A stretch of 64,000 bases of DNA from Leptolyngbyaceae cyanobacterium (GCA_965263355.1 CBDHHL010000056.1:672001-736000); one strand, 5' to 3'; counted from the stretch's first letter, positions 31,701-40,010 are shown. Notes: generated by a model from the sequence alone, not told the origin. A program made the numbers and translations.

Positions 31701-33284
31701 AATACTCTGCCCGACGGCTGGAGTCAGGTGAACAATACCCCGGCTGGCGGCCCCCCTGAGTTCTTCGGTTGGACTTTCCTGGATGCCAACTCCTGGACAA
31801 CCACAGCAGGGGACCAAAACCGCAGTGAGTTCACCCGCGCCAGTGGCGTTGTCGCCGTCGCTGACCCCGACGAATACGACGACGGAGCGATTAGCATCGA
31901 CCCGGATCAGTTCCAGGCCGCCCTTACCACCCCTGAAATTAACCTTTCTGGAGCCGCTGCGGGGACGGCCCGAGTCAGCTTTGACTCCAGTTGGCGACCT
32001 GAAGATCTACAAAAGGCACGTCTGATGGTGTCCTTTGATGGCGGTGAGGCCATTGAACTGTTCCAGTGGACCTCCACCCCTGCCGATGCCACCTTCAAAC
32101 CCGATGCCACCAATGAGCGGGTCATCGTGGATCTAAACAATCCAGAAGGAGCCACCAATGCCGTCCTCACCTTTGAGGTATTCGATGGCGGTAACGACTG
32201 GTGGTGGGCTATAGACAATATCTCTGTCGATGCCCTGCCAGTTGAACAAGAGAGCATCATTCTCTTCACCGAAGACTTTGAAAGCCTGGAGCCTGTCCTG
32301 GGTCCCCTCGTCAGTCCTAGTGAGAGCGGTGGAGACGGCACCGACTTCACTGCCACCCTACCCGAGGGTTGGAGTCAAACCAACGACACCCCCACTGGTG
32401 GCCCCGAAGAATTCTTTGGCTGGACCTTCTTTGATTTCAACTCCTGGGTAACCACTGCCGGTGACCAGGACCGGAGTCAGTTTACCAATGCCTCTGGTGT
32501 AATCGCAGTGGCTGACCCAGATGAGTATGACGACGGCGACATCAGTATTGATCCCGATCAGTTCCAGGCTGTTATTACGACTCCTGACATTGACCTGATG
32601 GAGTCTGCTGCTGGCACCGTAGAAGTCACCTTTGACTCCAGCTGGCGACCTGAAGATCTGCAAAAGGCCCGCTTGATGGTGTCCTTTGACGGTGCCGAGG
32701 CCATCGAAATCTTCCAGTGGACCTCTACCCCCACCGATGCCACCTTTAAGCCAGATGCGGCCAATGAGAACCTCACGTTTGCCCTCGACAATCCAGAAGG
32801 AGCCAGTACCGCTGTTCTCTCCTTTGAAGTGTTTGACGGTGGCAACGACTGGTGGTGGGCTATCGACAACATTGTGGTAAGTGCGACAACAGAACCAATC
32901 GACCCAGTTGTTCCAGTAGAGCCTGTTCCACCCACTACTTTGGTAGGCGTCGCCTCCTTTGTTACGGTCGGTGAAACAGGTGATGATATCTTAGTTGGCG
33001 ATGTTGCTAGCAATATTGTTGCCAGTGGTCTAGGGGACGACATCATTACCGGTGGTAATGGTAGTGATACCTTTATTCTGGCCATCGGTGACGGCACTGA
33101 CACCATTGTTGACTTTGAAGTGGGCACTGACCTGATTGGGTTAACCGATGGGCTGACCTTTGAGCAGTTGTCTTTTGGTCAGCGTACCAATGCTGCTGTG
33201 ATCAGCGTTGGTGATGAGGATTTAGCATTGCTTAACGGCGTTGCTGCCTCAGCCTTAACTGAGAGCGTCTTTACTGTAGTCTAA
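25737..33284 (+). CDS. Giant (2515 aa) acidic secreted protein: SbsA-like Ig domains, 4 GNDWWWA repeat domains, calcineurin-like metallophosphoesterase, PKD-like and lectin-like domains, RTX-type tail
   Basis: GDTQ, HVGDVV, PGNHD, STHDY, GGH metallophosphoesterase motifs; repeated FEDFE..FFGWTF..ADPDEYDD..FDSSWRPED..GNDWWWA; two DxDGIG..F.YQDENNYYKL domains; C-terminus homologous to 19699..24615. Confidence 0.85.
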   Translation: MDTISPIIVSLVPSDDAQNVGTRANLVITFDEPVRPGSGNITIRRSADDSVVEAIDVTSAQVTAEGNSIVVDPSADLDVGVEYYVQISEGAITDTASTQVLFTEDFESLPLQPFVSDTEIGGDGTDWTDVPPEGWTRDNTTTPEGGPVEFFGWTFLDKESWATTAGDQDRNLYTNGTGTVMVADPDEYDDGAISISPNSFNAFITTPDIDLTNIAADTLTVTFDSSWRPEDLQRAGLSVSYDGGEAVPIFEWTSDPADPVFDVNNLTSSPTFKPDGLPSVNETLEITLNNPADASTASLTFGVFESGNDWWWAVDNIVVAGDAVDGVDNAFAGIDDSSTWNFTAIASLPPEVANPLGQVAATVGETQVVDLFDLFEDADNADTELTYQVVNNSNPDAVTVSEISATDGQLSLTVNEVGLTDITVEATDPNGSSVTSTFQVKGQTTDAFVFAVLGDTQDYSTFAPEVFEAQTQWLVDNRDALGLEFVVHVGDVVNANNEFEWMRADGALSILDGEVPYAILPGNHDMGAGGSANVRDTDLLNQFFPVSRFEDTATFGGVYDQEPDRYDNNYHTFTAPDGTAWMVLSLEFGPRDDVLRWANEVVAAHPDHRVIISTHDYLNFDQLRHNSFDVLGEGDPRTSYGIGDSVEGANDGDDIWNKFVRKHPNISFVFGGHICGDGGGDLISYGDYGNPVHQILVNYQRCVSSVTRNGVNDTGYIRLFTVNPSDGSVVMESYSPVLDTFNTELEGTQLRGQQFVFENIDLGTPNTVSRADAGDYQVVTAAGETAAVTLDGSGTSDSSGDGLQYQWTNAEGNLLATEATPTVDLPVGINDLTLTITDTNGITNSDTVTVAVQNDDTLLYEDFNDGNFDGWTALDQGNLLGNWYVTTDGQLYESSNSFSSTDETERSDRRGPILIWDDAAAQGWTDYVVDATLRSTDNDGIGIVFRYQDENNYYKLDLDTQTNIRALYKVQGGVETTLAIEEKGYPFNVEMDLQVAVVGKEIVATLNGESIFDAPIVDNNPLIQGTIGLYSYGQDQSIFDNIMVNLPTLTAQAGRDQTVSDRTDSGTGTTTLQGAASFANSDAAIASYEWILDDTVIATGINPTVTLPVGENRLTLQVTDSNGTVSTDEVVVTVKSNDSVLLFDDFNDQTFDGWAIIDQGTENGPSNWNAVSGSLGQFSDIASPQTTGTNPNGDVWRGLRKGTLAIYDPAAVNTQPINFAEDRDGNGTLETIVKQLDFETSAGDLSGLISYNQELLTGLGTESLNPANSLELDIDFFGTLLTEEDDFGFDFFPQLIFENGVATGLEYQILNDDLAFSVSSVSGDLTVDFEQGPSGAPTLTGTGTGVIVPFSDGTGGNTVDPAVDPYTLNNYALEATLNSADDDGIGLLFYYQDENNYYKLELDADDGFSKLVKLVDGIETTLARVPNSYASDTDLQVRVEISDVIDVDADGVVQIQAFVDGEDLFGGPITDSDLANGTVGLYSWGSAGVRFDNVEVTSLADDTVLTPADLFITSLSPEDDATNVAVDADLVGRFNRDVQTGSGNIVIRQASDDSVVETIDVNSDQVTVLENTVTVDAIADLAPGTDYYVQIEAGALEDPTGITTLFFEDFEDLATDLGPFVSPSESGGDGTDFTNTLPDGWSQTNTTPAGGPIEFFGWTFLDASAWVETAGDQNRSQFTNGSGVVAVADPDEYDDGDTDIDPDQFQAAITTPEIDLTGVNAGSAILTFDSSWRPEDLQKARVTVSFDGGEATELLLWTSDPADANFKPDATNETLALALDNPEGATNAVVTFEVFEAGNDWWWAVDNIEVKGSTGEGQPFAGISDDSTWNFSTRPLDTQAPRVISFTPADNGVDVAVDSNLAIQFDEPIQAGVGTVAIATVADDTIVETIDITSDQITISGDTVIIDPANDLANGTDYYVQVDAGAIQDTANNPAAGISNSSNWNFATVESADPDLINVFFEDFESLSTDLGPFVSTSESGGDGTDFTNTLPDGWSQVNNTPAGGPPEFFGWTFLDANSWTTTAGDQNRSEFTRASGVVAVADPDEYDDGAISIDPDQFQAALTTPEINLSGAAAGTARVSFDSSWRPEDLQKARLMVSFDGGEAIELFQWTSTPADATFKPDATNERVIVDLNNPEGATNAVLTFEVFDGGNDWWWAIDNISVDALPVEQESIILFTEDFESLEPVLGPLVSPSESGGDGTDFTATLPEGWSQTNDTPTGGPEEFFGWTFFDFNSWVTTAGDQDRSQFTNASGVIAVADPDEYDDGDISIDPDQFQAVITTPDIDLMESAAGTVEVTFDSSWRPEDLQKARLMVSFDGAEAIEIFQWTSTPTDATFKPDAANENLTFALDNPEGASTAVLSFEVFDGGNDWWWAIDNIVVSATTEPIDPVVPVEPVPPTTLVGVASFVTVGETGDDILVGDVASNIVASGLGDDIITGGNGSDTFILAIGDGTDTIVDFEVGTDLIGLTDGLTFEQLSFGQRTNAAVISVGDEDLALLNGVAASALTESVFTVV

Positions 33285-33332
33285 TCGCTTGTAAAAAGTG
33301 GGCCTAATCATAGGTCCATCTTTATTCTCAAC

Positions 33333-33369
33333 AACGCGCAACGAAAACTAGTTCGTTGCGCGTTTTTTT
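33333..33369 (+). terminator. Rho-independent terminator
   Basis: AACGCGCAACGAA-loop-TTCGTTGCGCGTT plus T tract. Confidence 0.85.
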
Positions 33370-33505
33370 GAACGGTCCGGAAACGAAAACCCATCCAAAC
33401 AATTCCTATTCGGATATGATCGCGAACTTGATCCAGGAGTTTTCTAGGACGCGTTTCCATTGATGATGTGTACAGAACGTATGTATCATTTTTTTTGTAG
33501 ATACA

Positions 33506-33928
33506 GTGCTTTTCTCTCTAAAACTATTCAATGAGGTTGAGGGATTGAGGATGGAAATTACTTCGGAACGTACTATAAAACCACAGCGAAAAGCTATCCG
33601 TCCCGATATAAGTATTTGGAGAGAAGATACTTTACTAGCTGCTATTGAATGTAAAACTCAACTTGGATGGAAACGACACACCTGGGAAGCTGAGTTTAAT
33701 GAGCGTGAAAAAAAGCTTAAAGAAGCTTTTCCTACAGCTAAGTTGTTTTTGCTAGTAATGACAACCTGTAACTGGACAGGCTTCAAAAAAGATGATCCAA
33801 GATTAGGTACGCAATTATTCTGTCTGCTTAAAGACTTATGGCCGACACAGGTGTCTGAGAAAAACTTTAACCCATCGATTATAGAAACTCCGATTGAGGG
33901 ACTGTTAAAGCAAATTAAGCAATTGTGA
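33506..33928 (+). CDS. PD-(D/E)XK nuclease-like hypothetical protein, possibly 5'-truncated
   Basis: RPDISIW....AAIECK motif; AT-rich. Confidence 0.55.
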   Translation: MLFSLKLFNEVEGLRMEITSERTIKPQRKAIRPDISIWREDTLLAAIECKTQLGWKRHTWEAEFNEREKKLKEAFPTAKLFLLVMTTCNWTGFKKDDPRLGTQLFCLLKDLWPTQVSEKNFNPSIIETPIEGLLKQIKQL

Positions 33929-34041
33929 ACACCTGTAGCCGTTGCAGGATATATACTGAGATGTGAGGGGTTATGCTAACGTCCGATCATCCATATATTT
34001 GGGGCCTATGACTGCTTTAGGTCAAGAAATTCTTAATAATT

Positions 34042-34308
34042 TTGAGAAGCTGCCTAATACTGAGCATAGTAGCGGTACCAGTACCTATTGTTGGTCCAGC
34101 AATAGGTGCAACAGTTGGTGCAGGAATTGGCGTATATAAAAATCTTACTAAGCCAGGACAATCACCACAAGTTACTGAAACTCAAAAAGAAAAAGTTGAT
34201 ATTTATGGTGAAATGCTCAAACTTGAGGACTTAAAGCAAAAGGGAATCCTGACCGAAGAGGAATTTATGGATATGAAAAAGCGACTCCTCAGCGATAGTC
34301 AATCTTAA
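34042..34308 (+). pseudogene. Glycine-zipper plus SHOCT-domain protein fragment
   Basis: GPAIGATVGAGIG; LKLEDLKQKGILTEEEF..MKKRLL; no convincing start. Confidence 0.6.
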
Positions 34309-34540
34309 TTTTAAACAGTAGAAACACATTTGGCATACCTGACTACTCAGACCTGGTTAGGGCACTCAACCTATACACGACTGAACACGTTTTATTTGTC
34401 CTAATCAAATTCCACAGGGTTCAGATGACACTCTAATCTCTCTGTGGGGACACTACAAATCCTGAGCTGATCCAATTGACTTGTTTAGCCAGCCAATTAG
34501 ACATTTGCTACTATTGTAAAGTGATAAATTCGCTTGGCTG

Positions 34541-34873
34541 ATGACTCTAGCAATTGCCCTTGAACCTGCACCTATAGAGACGGATATCCATGGGGTTGTA
34601 CGAGTTGCTAAAACTCGTGTCACCTTGGATACCGTTGTAACGGCTTTTCTTGAAGGATGTACATCTGAAGAAATAGGTGAGCAATATACATCGCTAGAGC
34701 TATCAGATATTTATCTAGTTATTGGTTACTACCTCAGACATCGGGATGAGGTGAATGCTTACTTGGCAGAGCGGCAACGTCAGGCGGATGCGATTCGGCA
34801 GGAAGCCGAACAACGGTTTAATCCAGTTGGAATCCGTGAACGTTTGCTTTCTAGACAGAGTCAGGTCAGGTAG
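34541..34873 (+). CDS. DUF433 family antitoxin
   Basis: RVAKTRVTLDTVV..F..G...EEI...Y..L.L.DIY..I.YYL. Confidence 0.9.
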   Translation: MTLAIALEPAPIETDIHGVVRVAKTRVTLDTVVTAFLEGCTSEEIGEQYTSLELSDIYLVIGYYLRHRDEVNAYLAERQRQADAIRQEAEQRFNPVGIRERLLSRQSQVR

Positions 34874-34879
34874 CCAAAA

Positions 34880-35233
34880 ATGATTAAGTTTCTGGCTGAC
34901 GAAAATTTTAACAACCAGATTGTAAGAGGCGTCCTTCGTCAAAATCCAGATATTGATATTGTACGTGTTCAAGATGTCGGCTTGAAAGGGGCAGATGACC
35001 CGGATGTGTTATCTTGGGCTGCTCAAGAGAAACGGATTGTGTTAACCCATGATGTTGCTACGATGATAACGTTTGCTTACGAACGGATTCAAGCAGGTTT
35101 ACCAATGCCTGGATTATTTGAAGTTAAGCGACGTGTTCCGGTAGGATTAGTTATAGAAGAGATTCTTTTAATTGCAGAGTGTAGCCTTGATGGGGAGTGG
35201 GAAGGGCAGGTAAGATTCTTACCTCTCAAATGA
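34880..35233 (+). CDS. DUF5615 PIN-like toxin
   Basis: FLADENF, GL.GADD..VL.WA..E.RIVLTHD. Confidence 0.9.
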   Translation: MIKFLADENFNNQIVRGVLRQNPDIDIVRVQDVGLKGADDPDVLSWAAQEKRIVLTHDVATMITFAYERIQAGLPMPGLFEVKRRVPVGLVIEEILLIAECSLDGEWEGQVRFLPLK

Positions 35234-35250
35234 TCAGGCTATCGGTCGCC

Positions 35251-35333
35251 GTCTAACATAACGCAGGAGCGGACTGAACTTAAGTATCGGCTAATCTGAA
35301 AGATGCTGGCAGGCGCTCAGCTTCACGTTCGGC
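35251..35333 (+). other. attC-like recombination site 1
   Basis: R'' GTCTAAC, 5 nt, L'' GCAGGAGC ... L' GCTCAGC, 5 nt, R' GTTCGGC; lies just after the toxin stop. Confidence 0.65.
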
Positions 35334-35740
35334 TGCAATCGAGAAAAGAGAGTTTGCCAAGGGCCAGATCGGTGGTGGAGCAATCGCCCGTTGGTCAGTT
35401 GAGCATAATTCAGGTGTCCCAACTCGCGCTAGGTCCCATAAAGTTGTCGTCGATAGCGTCAGCATACATCTTGTCAACGACTGGCCAAGCCTCAAAAGTT
35501 CCACCAGCTATCGGCGGTCGCTTGCCTCAATATTGCGATCGCCAATCGCATTAACGACGAGTGCGCTCGGTAGGTGTGCGGGGTCTGCCAAGTGGCCAAG
35601 ATTAGGTTCTGTCAACGGTTGGTCAGTGGCCAAGGTCCCAATGGATATCGGTGGATCGCCCAGGGTAAATGGTTTTTAGCGGTTGGAGAGTGGGATGGGT
35701 GCGGGTTGAGATCGTGTCAGCCCCCGCCGGAAGTTTTGCC

Positions 35741-35827
35741 CCCGAACACTGCGTTGGAGTGGTCTGAGCGAGAAATATCGGATAAAATTAAAAAGTGTTG
35801 TACAGCTGCTCAGCTCCACCGTTCGGT
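35741..35827 (+). other. attC-like recombination site 2
   Basis: R'' CCCGAAC, 5 nt, L'' GTTGGAGT ... L' GCTCAGC, 6 nt, R' GTTCGGT. Confidence 0.65.
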
Positions 35828-36006
35828 AGTAGTTATAGCGTTTTTTTAGTTTTCTATAATTGAGCCACTGTCAGACAGCCTGGAGTGGTCTGAGCGAGAA
35901 ATATCGGATAAAATTAAAAAGTGTTGTACAGCTGCTCAGCTCCACCGTTCGGTAGTAGTTATAGCGTTTTTTTAGTTTTCTATAATTGAGCCACTGTCAG
36001 ACAGCC
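35755..36006. repeat. Exact 126-bp tandem duplication
   Basis: 35755-35880 is identical to 35881-36006. Confidence 0.95.
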
Positions 36007-36042
36007 TATAATCTATGAATAGAACGACTTTGGTATAGAGAT

Positions 36043-36690
36043 ATGATCGCGATCGCGCCTATCAAATCGTTACCAGATGGCTCAGTGGCAACTATCCCAA
36101 TGAGCTGGGCAGAGTACCAGCAACTGGTTGCTAACCGAGGAGATCGCAGTACTCCGCGCCTTAAATATGCTAACGGATACCTGACCCTCAAGATGCCAAC
36201 CTTCGAGCACGGCCAGCTAGATGCCATTGTTGCTGATTTAATTGTTGCTATTCTCAACCAACAGCTGCGCGATTACGTTCGAACGACGCCCGTCACCCTA
36301 CAAATTCCCGAACAGGCAGGCATTGAACCCGACCATTGTTTTTGGCTCAGCAACATTGAACCCGACCATTGTTTTTGGCTCAGCAACTGGTCCGCTGTAA
36401 GCGGCAAAAGTCGAATTGACTTGGCAACTGATCCGCCCCCCGATATTGCAGTTGAAGTAGATGTGACTAACTTCACGAATATCGCAGATTACGAACTTTT
36501 TAAGGTTCCTGAAGTATGGCTAATTCGAGGGGATGTTCTAACAATCTTTATTCTAGCGTCTGGGGGGTACACTCAAACAGAGTCTAGTCAGTTTTTCCCT
36601 GATATTGCTATACCGAAACTCTATCAGCAGGTGATTTCAGCAGTTGCCGAAGGTGCTAGTCCTCCTAGAGCAATTCGATCAATTGTCTAA
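36043..36690 (+). CDS. Uma2 (DUF820) family endonuclease with an 11-aa in-frame duplication
   Basis: MP..EHG, IEPDHCF, PPPDIAVEVD, VPEVW; IEPDHCFWLSN occurs twice (36321-36386). Confidence 0.9.
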   Translation: MIAIAPIKSLPDGSVATIPMSWAEYQQLVANRGDRSTPRLKYANGYLTLKMPTFEHGQLDAIVADLIVAILNQQLRDYVRTTPVTLQIPEQAGIEPDHCFWLSNIEPDHCFWLSNWSAVSGKSRIDLATDPPPDIAVEVDVTNFTNIADYELFKVPEVWLIRGDVLTIFILASGGYTQTESSQFFPDIAIPKLYQQVISAVAEGASPPRAIRSIV

Positions 36691-36774
36691 ATCGCTAGGA
36701 CAACGGATACAAAGCGCCACCAATGCACTATCAAAACAGCTTATGCATTCTTGAAACAAGCCGATCGCTGCCTA

Positions 36775-36951
36775 ATCGGGATAGGGAGAATCCTCACGAA
36801 TCCCCCCTCCCACACCACCCGGCATGCGGGTCCGCACCGGGCGGTTCAGTATCACGGAGCAAACACTAACCTGCGTCATCAAACGTAGCCTTGGGCTTTC
36901 ATCCACAAATCTCGTATCGACAACAATCCCTGTTGTGCTAACCACTCATTG
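36775..36951 (-). mobile_element. Group IIC intron 3' remnant (end of RT ORF, domains V-VI)
   Basis: Minus strand GAACCGCCCGGTGCGGACCCGCATGCCGGGTGGTGTGGGAGG...CCCTATCCCGAT; preceded by NEWLAQQGLLSIRDLW resembling an RT/maturase C-terminus. Confidence 0.88.
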
Positions 36952-37139
36952 GCAAGGTCAGCCACATAGCTTTCGACTGGCCCAGCCTGCGGCAATGCTG
37001 CAAGGGTTTGTTCGACTGCTTCTAGCTTTGCGGCGTTCCGTCCGTGAATCAAAACAGTATGGCCCTGGGAAACGAGCAGATTGGCGGTTTCCAAACCGAT
37101 GCCGTCCGTCGTGCCTATGAGCAGAATGGTTTTTGACAT
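36879..37139 (-). pseudogene. SDR oxidoreductase N-terminal fragment fused to the intron ORF tail
   Basis: KTILLIGTTDGIGLETA...HGRN..KL....ADLA, then a switch to intron sequence. Confidence 0.8.
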
Positions 37140-37238
37140 TGTCCTGGGTTCCTGGACTTACTGAATCGAGAAGCTGATTGTGAATGGCGTTGAAATGATA
37201 TGGCTTTCTAGCCCTAAAATCGCCTGAGACACGATCTA

Positions 37239-38432
37239 TCATTCTTGGATTTTCAGTTTTGCTTCAGAATTATTAGCAACGCTTAACCTAAATGATAGAC
37301 AAGCAATTAATAAGATCAATGCAAAAATTGGCTGATAAGGTAAAAATGCGCTCAAGCCAATCAATACAGCAAAAAAGAGTAAGCAGGAACTATGCACATC
37401 ATTTAATTGATAGCGATCTCGTACTAACCATAAACCGAGCACGTATAAAGCTAGAGGAATTGTAACTGCCCAAGCTGCAGCTTCTGGTGAAAGGTGCTGT
37501 CCTTCAAGCTGTTTCGTACTCATGAGTTCTGCCATTAAGCTTAAGCCAGCCCCAGTCGCTGCTCCAGATGAAAATACGACAAAATGACCATACGCCCAAA
37601 CAAAAGTACGTTTATTTTCTATACTTTCCAAATGCTCTTCTTCACAAAAATAAAGCCACCACATCGTGAAAGTAATCGCGGCAGCGGCGATCGCTAGAAC
37701 CATTAGAGAAAGATTAAAACTACCACTAATAGATGCTTCGACAGAATGAACGCTGCTAAGCAAAATTTCCCCTAAAACAATAATATTCAGCAAACCAAAG
37801 CGTTCAATAACATGATGACGATGCCAAGGAGTATTTCGTGCTTGCTCCGCGAACCATGGAAGATAGAGTTCTGCAACAATAGCAATCGCTACTGAAACAA
37901 TAAACATCATGCTCCAAGGCTCTACCATAAAGACAATGTAGGCCCAGAAACTCTGGATTAATATTTGTCCTATGACATTCCTTTGCACGGTAACTTTTAG
38001 TTGAGGATTCTTGTCTTTAATTCTTAGCCATAAAACAACAGCGGCACTTCGCAAAATCACATAGCCAATAAATCCATAGATGATTGCTCCACCCTGGAAA
38101 ATAGTAGGAATACTGGCCGCTACCAACATGATTCCACTCATCATTACCATTACACTGATACGATAAGCAGCATCATCGTTATCAAAGCCACTGGCAAACC
38201 AGGTAAACAAGTTCCAAGGCCACCACAAAATAAAGAAGGCTAGGAGGAATTTGATAATTCCCATGAAAAAGTGACCTTCAATTAATTCATGAGTCAATCC
38301 ATGGGCTGAAGTTGCGATCGCGATTACGACTACTAAATCAAAAAGTAGTTCTAGTTGAGTAGCAGCGCGATGAGGTTCATGGGGATCTCGAGCTACAAGA
38401 GAAGCGAAATAATTTTTCTTGGGTAAAGGCAT
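37239..38432 (-). CDS. Low temperature requirement protein A family membrane protein
   Basis: HRAAT.LELLFDLV.V, HH..ERFGLL.IIVLGE, W.YGH motifs. Confidence 0.9.
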   Translation of the reverse strand: MPLPKKNYFASLVARDPHEPHRAATQLELLFDLVVVIAIATSAHGLTHELIEGHFFMGIIKFLLAFFILWWPWNLFTWFASGFDNDDAAYRISVMVMMSGIMLVAASIPTIFQGGAIIYGFIGYVILRSAAVVLWLRIKDKNPQLKVTVQRNVIGQILIQSFWAYIVFMVEPWSMMFIVSVAIAIVAELYLPWFAEQARNTPWHRHHVIERFGLLNIIVLGEILLSSVHSVEASISGSFNLSLMVLAIAAAAITFTMWWLYFCEEEHLESIENKRTFVWAYGHFVVFSSGAATGAGLSLMAELMSTKQLEGQHLSPEAAAWAVTIPLALYVLGLWLVRDRYQLNDVHSSCLLFFAVLIGLSAFLPYQPIFALILLIACLSFRLSVANNSEAKLKIQE

Positions 38433-38667
38433 AGGTTCTTACAGCTAGAGCATCAAAATTAAAAATGATAAAAGTACCTAGGACCCTGCGATTAAAATTA
38501 TTTTTGACATGGTTTTAACAGCCTCAATTAATAAAATCAGTTTCCATTTTTTTTAGGCAGTCTGGGTCACTTCATAGAGAGTGAAGTCTTCGACTACAAC
38601 CAAAGTAGCTCTTCGAGAAAAACCATGGCTTCTAACGTTGGAGCGGTTTATGATTATCTTCCTACTG

Positions 38668-39072
38668 TTAATTGTCAATGAACACTTGCTTCACATGAAG
38701 CGTGTCCAAATATTCTCGAATCGAAGTAATCTTGCCGTTGGAGAGAATCACTAAGAAGTGATAGAAATTGTTATAAACAATTCCATTACGCTTCACAGCA
38801 TATGACTCCATTTCGAGCGCCACGCGATCGCCTTCGGCAGTCCAACCAGTTGGCGTTAACCGCATTCCATCTGGGAAAGCTGCCTTAACATTTTCAATCA
38901 GCCCACCGATCGCTGACTTGTCCATTTCACCGGACATAGGCAAGCCACCTTCGCGCCCCATGGCTCGCCAAATGATCGCATCATCGAGCAATTCGAGAGT
39001 TCCTCCGACATCTGCCGCAGAAAATCGCTCAAAAAACTTGCCGACAATTTGTTTGTTTTGCTCAGTATTCAC
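38668..39072 (-). CDS. SnoaL/NTF2-like protein
   Basis: NKQIV..F, AEGDRVA.E, Y.N.Y.F, I..IREY.DT; start codon uncertain. Confidence 0.85.
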   Translation of the reverse strand: MNTEQNKQIVGKFFERFSAADVGGTLELLDDAIIWRAMGREGGLPMSGEMDKSAIGGLIENVKAAFPDGMRLTPTGWTAEGDRVALEMESYAVKRNGIVYNNFYHFLVILSNGKITSIREYLDTLHVKQVFIDN

Positions 39073-39917
39073 TAGTTTATTTCCTGAACTTTCATCACCA
39101 AATCATTCCAGTTCCGCTGGTTCTCCATGTCATGCTCCATACCTTTCTCATCAGCAATGGTAAAACGCTTAACGGCAGCGGTTTTGCTGGTTGCTTGATA
39201 GAGCCAGTAAGCTTCCGCCTTGAGAGCTTCATCAATGGGCTTGTCAATGGACTCATAAACCATCTGTTTACAGGCATTGATAGACTCTGCCGGGAATTTA
39301 GCAATACGATTGGCTAGCTCGTCAACGTAGGGACCGATCTCATCGGGGTCGAGTGCTTTATTGATTGTGCCGTATGCTTCAGCTTCATCCGCAGTAAAGT
39401 CACGGGCGCTGAGGATAATTTCCAATGCCCGACCCAGACCGACCTGACGCGCCATACGGGATGCACCACCGCCACAGGGCAAGATGCCCATACCGACTTC
39501 CATCTGCATAAACTTAAATTTCCCCCGTGCCGCAAAACGCATATCACAAGCGAGTGCAAATTCATGACCACCACCGCGTGCAAAGCCTTCGAGTTTAGCA
39601 ATGGTGGCTTGTGGCAACTTGCTGATGCGTTCTAAAACAGATTGCAGATCCAGCAATTTAGCTTCTTCGCGGGAGACGGCTTCCATCGACATATCCTTCA
39701 ACAAATTTGTGTCGTAGTGGCAAACCCAGATTTCTGGATGGGCTGACTGGAAAACAACGACTTTGACTTCGCGATCGCGTTCTAGCCTTAACGCAAGGCT
39801 ATTTAGATCAGCCAGCATTTCCTGCCCCTGAACATTAACCGGGGGATAGTCGAAGGTGACCCAGGCAATCGCATTTTCAACCGTAACCTTGCAGGTTGTG
39901 AAGTTTTCGTACGGCAT
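39072..39917 (-). CDS. Enoyl-CoA hydratase/isomerase family protein
   Basis: IAKLEGFARGGGHEFALACDMRFA, EVGMGILP.GG. Confidence 0.92.
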   Translation of the reverse strand: MPYENFTTCKVTVENAIAWVTFDYPPVNVQGQEMLADLNSLALRLERDREVKVVVFQSAHPEIWVCHYDTNLLKDMSMEAVSREEAKLLDLQSVLERISKLPQATIAKLEGFARGGGHEFALACDMRFAARGKFKFMQMEVGMGILPCGGGASRMARQVGLGRALEIILSARDFTADEAEAYGTINKALDPDEIGPYVDELANRIAKFPAESINACKQMVYESIDKPIDEALKAEAYWLYQATSKTAAVKRFTIADEKGMEHDMENQRNWNDLVMKVQEIN

Positions 39918-40010
39918 TTTGTATCTCCTAATTTTTGACTAGAGAAATCCTATCTGGCATATCGATGCCAATACAGGGACTTGTTGTTTTTAGCTGGCTA
40001 GACAACTAAA

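Noticed and set aside
30522..31817. 431-aa antisense ORF and many other shadow ORFs in the giant genes
   Set aside because: They mirror the codon bias of the plus-strand gene and show no protein motifs
34431..34502. TCTAAT...ATTAGA as an additional attC site
   Set aside because: No L boxes or convincing internal pairing
37239..38432. Link between the 'LtrA' membrane gene and the adjacent group II intron
   Set aside because: Name coincidence only; this is the low-temperature-requirement membrane protein, not an intron RT
38630..38646. TTCTAAC-GTTGGAGCGG attC left-half remnant
   Set aside because: Spacer and right half are missing; could be chance
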